Assembly: GCA_023336815.1 (NCBI GenBank)
Contig: JAMBLJ010000013.1
Span: 7,055 to 71,054, forward strand
DNA length: 64,000 nt
Reading direction: 5' to 3'
Source: Actinomycetes bacterium
GTDB lineage: Bacteria > Actinomycetota > Acidimicrobiia > Spongiisociales > UBA5794
Below, in pieces: positions 56,828 through 64,000 of this stretch. Each line of letters opens with the position of its first letter. Positions within the stretch are counted from its first letter, which is position 1. Made by a program: the position numbers and the translations under genes. The notes beneath the pieces were generated by a model, which worked only from the letters and a program-made list of their open reading frames with translations, was not told where the DNA came from and did no database searches.

Positions 56828-58282
56828 ATGAGTACTCCAAGGGCCAGATTGCAAGAATTCAAGCTTCCCGCGCTGCGAGACCTAGCGACGTCCGTCGACA
56901 TCGACAACGATGGCCTCCAGAAATCAAAGCTGATCGCCGCGATCATCGAGTCCGAGAAGTTCGACCCTTCGATGCTTCCCGAAGAAGCACCGGAGACCCC
57001 TGCAGAATCCCAAGCCACAAGCGAGGGCGAGTCATCGTCCGATGGCGACTCGGGTTCCGGTGGCGATGACCAGGGCGGCGATCGCCAGGGTGGACGCAAC
57101 AGGAACCGCAATCGAAACCGCAATCGGAGCCGCAACAGAAATCGCGAACCGATCGATGAGTCGGATCTCGAGATCCGTGAAGGGATCCTCGACGTCCTCC
57201 CCGAGGGATACGGATTCCTCCGTGTCGACGGGTATCTCCCTGGCGACAAGGATGTGTACGTTGCGGCCAACGTGGTACGCAAATCCCGGCTCCGCAAGGG
57301 TGACATCGTGTCGGGTCCGGTTCGTCCCGCACGAGCTCAGGAGAAGTTTCCCGCCCTTGTCAGAGCTATCAAGGTCAATGGTGTCGATCCTGAGGAGGCC
57401 ACGGAGCGGCCCAAATTCTCTCAGCTGACACCGTTGTTCCCCGATGTCAGACTCCGTCTTGAGGTCCCGGATGAGCCCGGCATCCTATCGACCCGGATCA
57501 TCGATCTGGTTGCCCCTATTGGCAAGGGTCAACGTGGCATGATCGTGTCTCCGGCCAAAGCGGGAAAGACAACCGTTCTCAAAGACATCGCACATGCGAT
57601 CTCCGTGAACAACCCCGAGTGCTACCTCATGGTCGTACTTGTTGGTGAACGACCTGAAGAGGTCACCGATATGCAACGCTCTGTGAAGGGCGAAGTCATC
57701 TATTCGACCTTCGATCGACCCGCCGAAGAGGGCACTCAGGTATCCGAGCTCGCTGTGGAGCGTGCGAAGAGAATGGTCGAGATGGGAACAGATGTTGTGA
57801 TCCTGCTCGACTCGATCACCCGGTTGGCCCGGGCGCACAACCTCGCCACACCGGCATCAGGCAGGATCCTTTCTGGTGGTGTCGACTCGACTGCGCTGTA
57901 TCCGCCGAAGCGTTTCTTCGGCGCAGCTCGCAATATCGAGGAGGGTGGCAGCCTCACCATCATCGGAACGGCACTCGTCGAAACGGGAAGCCGGATGGAC
58001 GACGTGATCTTCGAGGAGTTCAAGGGGACAGGTAACATGGAGCTGCGACTCGACCGGAAGCTCGCTGACAAGAGGATCTATCCTGCGATCGATATCGAAC
58101 CGTCGGGAACGAGACGTGAAGAGCTTCTCATGGATCCTGAAGAACTCGCGCAGGTCTGGAAGCTCCGCAGAGTTCTCCTCGCTCTCGAGTCAGCAGCATC
58201 GCTCGAACTCCTCATGGACCGACTCAAGAACACGAAATCGAATGTCGAGTTCCTTGCCGCAGTCGCCAAGGGCAGCCAGTAA
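56828..58282 (+). CDS. rho: Transcription termination factor Rho with an RG/RN-rich N-terminal insertion
   Basis: Walker [24 protein letters not shown]-terminal [16 protein letters not shown] low-complexity insertion. Confidence 0.9.
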   Translation: MSTPRARLQEFKLPALRDLATSVDIDNDGLQKSKLIAAIIESEKFDPSMLPEEAPETPAESQATSEGESSSDGDSGSGGDDQGGDRQGGRNRNRNRNRNRSRNRNREPIDESDLEIREGILDVLPEGYGFLRVDGYLPGDKDVYVAANVVRKSRLRKGDIVSGPVRPARAQEKFPALVRAIKVNGVDPEEATERPKFSQLTPLFPDVRLRLEVPDEPGILSTRIIDLVAPIGKGQRGMIVSPAKAGKTTVLKDIAHAISVNNPECYLMVVLVGERPEEVTDMQRSVKGEVIYSTFDRPAEEGTQVSELAVERAKRMVEMGTDVVILLDSITRLARAHNLATPASGRILSGGVDSTALYPPKRFFGAARNIEEGGSLTIIGTALVETGSRMDDVIFEEFKGTGNMELRLDRKLADKRIYPAIDIEPSGTRREELLMDPEELAQVWKLRRVLLALESAASLELLMDRLKNTKSNVEFLAAVAKGSQ

Positions 58283-58334
58283 CAAGCAGCCTGCACAGTT
58301 CACTACAGTTCCACCGTATCAATCAGGAGATCCC

Positions 58335-58628
58335 GTGAAGCCCGATATTCACCCGAGCTATCGACCAGTCGTGTTCCAGGACACGTCCTCAGAGTTTTCG
58401 TTTCTCACGAAGTCAACGATAAACACATCAGAGACCGTCGAATGGGATGATGGGAACACGTATCCGCTCGCCAAGGTCGAGATCTCTTCTCAGAGCCATC
58501 CGTTCTACACCGGTAAGCAGATCCTCGTCGACACGACGGGACGCGTCGAAAGGTTCCGCAAGCGGTACGGACAAACCGCTGCTGCGCCTGCCGCTCCATC
58601 GGATGACACCCCAGACTCGGACGAATAG
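58335..58628 (+). CDS. rpmE: 50S ribosomal protein L31, type B (no Cys/zinc motif), with an Ala/Pro-rich C-terminal tail
   Basis: [16 protein letters not shown] ... HPFYTG. GTG start preceded by AGGAGA. Confidence 0.8.
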   Translation: MKPDIHPSYRPVVFQDTSSEFSFLTKSTINTSETVEWDDGNTYPLAKVEISSQSHPFYTGKQILVDTTGRVERFRKRYGQTAAAPAAPSDDTPDSDE

Positions 58629-59573
58629 TTGAGTCGATCACCTGGCGCCGCAGTCGGCGGTCAGGCGGTCATCGAGGGCGTGATGATGCGCGCTCCCGAC
58701 GCCTGGGCCGTTGCGGCGCGGCGGCCCGACGGTGTTATCGAAGCGAAACGCAACGAACTTCCTGCACTCTCGTCGCGTAACAAACTCGCAAAGATCCCCT
58801 TTCTTCGTGGTGTATTCGTCCTCATCGAGGCACTTCAATTAGGTTTCCAGGCCTTGTCCTGGTCTGCCGAAAAGGCCGGCGAGGAAGAAGAAGAGATCGG
58901 TCGCAAAGAGATCATCTTCACGATGATCTTCGCGGTCGTCGCCGCGATCGGTATCTTCGTTCTCGCACCGGCGTTCGCTGCCAACTGGCTCAAGGACATC
59001 CTGGGTGGAAACGGCATCCTGTTCGTCGTCATCGATGGGGCACTACGCATCGGGCTCATTGTGGGATATATCTGGCTCATCGGACGGAGCGCGGAGATCC
59101 AAAGGGTGTTCCAGTACCACGGCGCAGAACACAAGACGATCCACGCATACGAGGGTGGCGACCCCCTCGACATTCCATCGATTCAGCAGTACAGCCCGAG
59201 GCATCCACGTTGTGGGACATCGTTCATAATCATCGTCGCCATGGTCGCGTTCGTCGTGTTCCTCACGCTTGCACCGCTGCCGTTCGTCTGGCAGGTGGCA
59301 GCGAGGATCCTCCTCATTCCCGTGATCGCCGGCATTTCGTATGAGATCCTCCGCGCAGCTGCCGGGCAACCATGGATCGCCTGGGCATCGAAACCGGGTA
59401 TCTGGATCCAGTCCATCACAACCAAGGAACCCTCTGACGATCAGGTTGAGGTCGCTGTTGCATCGCTTCTCGCAGCGCTCGAATCCGAAGACGTCGAAGA
59501 AGTCAAGACGCGTGGTGCCATCGCACCGGGCGCCCTCGCAGCCGAGTTCGATCTCGGGGGCCGCGATGGATGA
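58629..59573 (+). CDS. DUF1385-family membrane protein (YqhQ-like)
   Basis: FQYHGAEHK motif and multiple TM helices. Overlaps the prfA start by 8 nt. Confidence 0.65.
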   Translation: MSRSPGAAVGGQAVIEGVMMRAPDAWAVAARRPDGVIEAKRNELPALSSRNKLAKIPFLRGVFVLIEALQLGFQALSWSAEKAGEEEEEIGRKEIIFTMIFAVVAAIGIFVLAPAFAANWLKDILGGNGILFVVIDGALRIGLIVGYIWLIGRSAEIQRVFQYHGAEHKTIHAYEGGDPLDIPSIQQYSPRHPRCGTSFIIIVAMVAFVVFLTLAPLPFVWQVAARILLIPVIAGISYEILRAAAGQPWIAWASKPGIWIQSITTKEPSDDQVEVAVASLLAALESEDVEEVKTRGAIAPGALAAEFDLGGRDG

Positions 59574-60645
59574 TCGCTTGTTCGAGCGATTGACCAAAGT
59601 CGAAGCTGCATACGAGGAAACGCTCGAGCAACTCTCCAGCCAGGGTGTAACTGCGGATCAGAAGCGGTACCGAGAGGTCACAACAAGGCACGCTGAGTTG
59701 AAGCCGATTGTCGATCAATTCCGCAGGTACACGGAGGCCACGACAGATGTCTCTGAAGCATCAGATCTTCTCAGTACAGAAGACGACCCTGACATGATCG
59801 AGTACCTCAACGAAACGATCACCGCGAGGTCCGCCGATCGGGTGGCACTCGAGTCCCAACTTCGCATCTTGCTCGTACCCAAGGATCCTGACGACGACAA
59901 GGACGTGATCGTCGAGGTCCGAGCCGCTGCTGGCGGCGACGAAGCGGCATTGTGGGCTGCCGACCTGTTCCGCATGTACGAACGATTCACAGAACGCTCC
60001 GGATGGTCTCTTGAACCGATCGGTGTTTCCCCGACCGGTGCCGGTGGGCTGAAAGAGGCAACGTTCGCGGTCAAGGGTAAGGGAGCGTACGCCCGTTTCA
60101 AATACGAAGCGGGACCCCACAGGGTGCAGCGGGTGCCGAAGACCGAGTCCCAGGGACGCATCCATACATCGATGGGGACGGTGGCAGTGCTTCCAGAAGT
60201 CGAGGCTGTCGAGGTGGAGATCCGCGACAACGATCTCATCGTCGAAACGATGCGTTCGCAGGGACCAGGAGGTCAGTCCGTCAATACAACGGACTCAGCT
60301 GTGCGGCTCACACACAAACCAACGGGGATCGTCGTCTCGTGTCAGGACGAGAAGTCTCAACTTCAGAACAAGATCAAGGCGATGCGGGTACTACGCGCAC
60401 GCCTCTACCAGATCCAACTCGATGAACAGCTCGGTGAACGAGCTTCGGTGCGAAAGTCCCAGGTCGGTACCGGTGATCGATCCGAGAAGATACGCACATA
60501 TAACTTCAAAGAGAACCGCGTCACCGATCACAGGATCGGATTGACGGTGCACTCCCTTCCTGCTGTGCTCGATGGTGACCTCGAAGCGATCCACGAAGCG
60601 TTGATCGCTGATGACACCGCAAGGAAACTCGCACAGGAGTCGTAA
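59566..60645 (+). CDS. prfA: Peptide chain release factor 1
   Basis: GGQ motif. Start set at MDDRLFERL. Confidence 0.9.
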   Translation: MDDRLFERLTKVEAAYEETLEQLSSQGVTADQKRYREVTTRHAELKPIVDQFRRYTEATTDVSEASDLLSTEDDPDMIEYLNETITARSADRVALESQLRILLVPKDPDDDKDVIVEVRAAAGGDEAALWAADLFRMYERFTERSGWSLEPIGVSPTGAGGLKEATFAVKGKGAYARFKYEAGPHRVQRVPKTESQGRIHTSMGTVAVLPEVEAVEVEIRDNDLIVETMRSQGPGGQSVNTTDSAVRLTHKPTGIVVSCQDEKSQLQNKIKAMRVLRARLYQIQLDEQLGERASVRKSQVGTGDRSEKIRTYNFKENRVTDHRIGLTVHSLPAVLDGDLEAIHEALIADDTARKLAQES

Positions 60646-60647
60646 CC

Positions 60648-61448
60648 GTGCAGTCCACTCTCGCACTCAGTCGGGGTCGATCTCTGCCAGACCATGAAGC
60701 GATTCGCCTCATGATGGCGGCAACCGGTCGAACGAGGACCGATGTTGTTCTTGGTTTCGAGATCACATCAGAGGAAGTCGAACGGTTCGATACGTTCGTA
60801 GAGAGACGTTCATCCGATGAGCCGCTCCAATACATCGAGGGGTCTGTCCCTTTCGGCCCAGTCGACCTGTTCGTGGACGACCGGGTACTCGTCCCTCGAC
60901 CCGAAACTGAATACATGTTCGAGCGAATCGTCGCCACTGTGGAATCTCCGGCTGTGATCGTGGATCTTTGCTGCGGAAGCGGGAATCTTGCTCTCGCGCT
61001 TGCCGCCACTTTCGCCACTGCTCGTACGTACGCAACCGACCTTTCGACACTGGCCTGTGATGTTGCCGCTGCGAACGCTGAGGCGAACGACCTCATGATC
61101 GAGGTACTCGTTGGTGATCTCTTCGAAGCGCTCCCTTCATCGCTTGAGGGACACGTTGATCTGATCGTCGCGAACCCGCCCTACATCGGAAGCGCCGAGA
61201 TGAGCGATCTGCCGCCCGACGTACGTCGCGAACCAACGATGGCGTTATTGGGTGGAGAGCGAGGGGATGAGATCGTCGCGCGCATCGCAGGCGAAGCAGT
61301 TCGCTGGCTGTCGCCTGGCGGTCTCATCTTCTGTGAGATATCCGAGTTCAACACCGACCGGACGCTTGACCACTTCCGTCACCTTCGGGGAGAAATTCAT
61401 CACGATCTCACAGGTCGGCCCCGATTCGTACAGGGAAGACGTTCGTGA
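60648..61448 (+). CDS. prmC: Release factor glutamine N5-methyltransferase (HemK/PrmC)
   Basis: NPPY motif, DLCCGSG SAM site. Confidence 0.85.
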   Translation: MQSTLALSRGRSLPDHEAIRLMMAATGRTRTDVVLGFEITSEEVERFDTFVERRSSDEPLQYIEGSVPFGPVDLFVDDRVLVPRPETEYMFERIVATVESPAVIVDLCCGSGNLALALAATFATARTYATDLSTLACDVAAANAEANDLMIEVLVGDLFEALPSSLEGHVDLIVANPPYIGSAEMSDLPPDVRREPTMALLGGERGDEIVARIAGEAVRWLSPGGLIFCEISEFNTDRTLDHFRHLRGEIHHDLTGRPRFVQGRRS

Positions 61449-61497
61449 GAGTCGCTCGCGTCGGGTAGCGTGGTGGATTCAACCTGTGGGAGGTACT

Positions 61498-62058
61498 TTG
61501 GACGTTGCGGTTGCAGCACGAGCTATCAAGCGTGGCGAGATCATCGGTGTCCCGACTGACACCGTCTATGGACTCGCCGCCGATCTGTACGACGAGGCGT
61601 CGCTCGAGCGACTCTACGACATCAAGGGACGGGAGGAAGGCAAGCCCATCGCGATCCTCGTTGCATCGCTGGAGCAAGGTCTGCTCCTCGGAGCGATGAG
61701 TGATCGGGCTCTCGAACTCGCCGATCGCTACTGGCCGGGTGCGGTCACGCTTGTTGTCCCACGTCTTGACACGGCACCCGAATGGATCGGTGATACAAGG
61801 CGGCGTACGGTCGCCCTGAGATGCCCGAACCACCCGGTGGCCCTGGCTCTGCTCGAACTCGTCGGTCCTCTTGCAGTCACGTCTGCGAACCGATCAGACA
61901 CGGAACCGGCTGGCACCGCTGGTGAAGCGGAGGGGCTGTTCAGCGACGACGTACTCACCTATCTCCCTGGCGATGCCGGAGGAGGCGCACCGTCAACGCT
62001 TGTTGATCTCACGCATCCCTCAGAGGTGATCCTCCGAAAGGGGCCGATTCTCCTGTGA
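61498..62058 (+). CDS. tsaC: L-threonylcarbamoyladenylate synthase (YrdC/Sua5/TsaC family)
   Basis: GVPTDTVYGLAAD motif. TTG start at 61498 preceded by GGGAGG. Conserved rho-rpmE-prfA-prmC-tsaC order. Confidence 0.7.
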   Translation: MDVAVAARAIKRGEIIGVPTDTVYGLAADLYDEASLERLYDIKGREEGKPIAILVASLEQGLLLGAMSDRALELADRYWPGAVTLVVPRLDTAPEWIGDTRRRTVALRCPNHPVALALLELVGPLAVTSANRSDTEPAGTAGEAEGLFSDDVLTYLPGDAGGGAPSTLVDLTHPSEVILRKGPILL

Positions 62059-62567
62059 CGGGAAGCCGCTGGGTCGGGATCAGCGTCGGCACGCTCATAT
62101 CGGCGCTCGCTTTTTGGTTCGCTGTGCTTGCAATACCGTCGAACGTTGTTGTCGGTGTGTCGATGTATGGGGCCGCTATCGCGTTCGCGATGTATGGGCT
62201 CGCCGGATTCTCCGGTGCGAACGACCCGATGGGTTCAGGATTCGCTGCTGCGATCATCGCGCTTGTCACCGGTGGAACGCTTGCTGTCATGTTCGAGGCG
62301 ACAGGCTTCAGACCGCTCATCGTGACCGCACCGATCCTCGCGGTGGGTCTCGGTGGTACACGGGCCCTGGCCCCAACGAAAGACAAGCTCAGAAACTCGA
62401 GCCGGATCGCAGTCCTTGCAGGTGTCACCGTGGGGCTCAACGTTGTCTTCACGATCGAACCGACGGCATTCGGGCTCATTGCCCCCCTCGTTCCTCTTCC
62501 AGCGCTCGGTATCGCTGACCGCTTCTATGAGCGTGGTAAGGAAGTTGTCGATGAGGGCACACCGTGA
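62055..62567 (+). CDS. Hypothetical integral membrane protein
   Basis: 4-5 predicted TM helices. GTGA overlap with tsaC. Confidence 0.4.
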   Translation: MTGSRWVGISVGTLISALAFWFAVLAIPSNVVVGVSMYGAAIAFAMYGLAGFSGANDPMGSGFAAAIIALVTGGTLAVMFEATGFRPLIVTAPILAVGLGGTRALAPTKDKLRNSSRIAVLAGVTVGLNVVFTIEPTAFGLIAPLVPLPALGIADRFYERGKEVVDEGTP

Positions 62568-62639
62568 CCTGATAGTCGCTGCTGAGAGGTATTGGCCGTC
62601 ACACACCTAGATTCCTAGTGTCTCACCTCAGGAGTTTCG

Positions 62640-63911
62640 ATGACGGATATGACTTCACTCTCGCAGGCTGATCCAACGCTTGCCGCGCTCATCGCTCGTG
62701 ACGCTCAGCGTCAGCGTTCGCACATCCAGTTGATAGCGTCGGAGAACTTCGTGTCCTACGCAATGATGGAGGCGTCCGGTTCTGTGCTCGCGAACAAGTA
62801 CAGCGAGGGATATCCAGGACGTCGGTATTACGAAGGTTGCGAGGTGATCGACGAGATCGAGACGCTCGCCATCGATCGGGCAAAATCCGTTTTCGGCGCT
62901 GAACATGCCAATGTTCAAGCCCACTCCGGATCCCAGGCCAACATGGCTGCGTATCTCGCTGTTCTCGAACCGGGTGACACGATCCTCGGCATGCGTCTTG
63001 ATCAGGGAGGCCATCTCACGCATGGCAGTCCCGTGAACTTCTCAGGTCAGCTGTTCAACTTCATTGCGTACGGTCTCGATGAAACGACCGAACGCATCGA
63101 CATGGAGCAGGTTCGGAATCTTGCGCTCGAGCACAGACCCAAGATGATCGTGGCGGGCTACTCGTCATATTCGAGGATCATCGACTGGTCCGAGTTCAAG
63201 GCGATAGCGGACGAAGTTGGCGCAATTTTCCTCGTTGATGCGGCACACATCATCGGATTGATCGCTGGTGGCGCCCACCCAAGCCCCGTACCTCACGCAG
63301 ACATCGTCACCGCAACAACTCATAAGGCGTTACGTGGTCCTCGTGGCGGACTCATACTGTCCACCGCGGAGCATGCCAAAGCGATAGACAAGGCCGTGTT
63401 CCCCACTTCTCAGGGTGGAGCCATCAACCACCAGATCGCGGGCAAGGCGCTCTGCTTCAAGCAGGCGGCATCACCAGAGTTCGCGGACTACGCACTTCAG
63501 ATCGTCCGGAACGCATCGGTCCTTGCCGACACGATGATCGGCGCCGGCTCCCGCGTGATTTCCGGTGGGACCGAGAACCACATGTTCCTGGTTGATCTTC
63601 GTTCGATCGACGAGGAACTGACGGGAAAAGAGGCAGCGACGCTGTTGGACGCCATGGGTGTCACGATGAACCGAAACGCCATACCGTTCGATCCGCGGTC
63701 GCCCTTCATCACATCCGGAATCCGCATGGGAACAGCCGCGGTAACGACCGCTGGTATGAAGCAGGAGCAGATGGTCACCTTGGGTTCAGCGATCGTAGAG
63801 ATTCTCCGAAAGCGCAACGACGATGCGGTGCTCAAGCAACTCGCTGGTGTCATCAGCGAGCTCGCTGATGCTTTCCCATCGTATCCGGTCGAATTCAATG
63901 GGTACGTATGA
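62640..63911 (+). CDS. glyA: Serine hydroxymethyltransferase
   Basis: PLP motif TTHKALRGPRGG. 423 aa. Confidence 0.95.
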   Translation: MTDMTSLSQADPTLAALIARDAQRQRSHIQLIASENFVSYAMMEASGSVLANKYSEGYPGRRYYEGCEVIDEIETLAIDRAKSVFGAEHANVQAHSGSQANMAAYLAVLEPGDTILGMRLDQGGHLTHGSPVNFSGQLFNFIAYGLDETTERIDMEQVRNLALEHRPKMIVAGYSSYSRIIDWSEFKAIADEVGAIFLVDAAHIIGLIAGGAHPSPVPHADIVTATTHKALRGPRGGLILSTAEHAKAIDKAVFPTSQGGAINHQIAGKALCFKQAASPEFADYALQIVRNASVLADTMIGAGSRVISGGTENHMFLVDLRSIDEELTGKEAATLLDAMGVTMNRNAIPFDPRSPFITSGIRMGTAAVTTAGMKQEQMVTLGSAIVEILRKRNDDAVLKQLAGVISELADAFPSYPVEFNGYV

Positions 63912-64000
63912 CGCCAGTCCACTGTGAACTATCGGCTGTTTCCCGATTGTTGCTGGGTCCACGTTCAGAGTACGCTTCGGCGAACTTCAGTTGAGCCGTT

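Overview
This is a high-GC (about 65%), actinobacterial-type chromosomal window that is densely coding and mostly housekeeping. Recognisable elements include a conserved argS-lysA-hom-thrC ... rho-rpmE-prfA-prmC-tsaC-glyA backbone, lpd-E2-lipB/lipA, tkt-pepA, two partial SUF clusters, fumC, an NAD-salvage neighbourhood (cobB, pncB, pncA), a class A PBP, an ABC exporter and a tRNA-Arg(CCG). The most unusual feature is a TetR-led operon on the minus strand (300-5375) in benzoyl-CoA reductase gene order bcrC-bcrB-bcrA-bcrD. It encodes two HgdA/HgdB/BcrB/BcrC-family subunits, two BadF/BadG/BcrA/BcrD-type ATPases that both keep the [4Fe-4S]-ligating motifs, and a translationally coupled small Cys-rich ORF. 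It sits in an otherwise housekeeping context with no aromatic-CoA pathway genes in view. Other items worth a second look: a rhodanese-E1 (ThiF/MoeB) protein with the rhodanese domain at the N-terminus and no adjacent sulfur-carrier gene; an in-frame LipB-LipA fusion ORF; a SUF system split into sufD-Rieske-sufC and sufC-sufS-sufU-pncA with no sufB in the window; a 4-copy 61-bp tandem repeat with internal hairpins; recurrent CAGA/TCTG heptamer arrays including an identical dispersed 19-mer; an 18-bp AT-rich CRP/FNR-like palindrome upstream of fumC; and two tandem paralogous M23 peptidase genes inserted into the lysA-hom synteny. All hand-located motif coordinates may be off by 1-2 nt.
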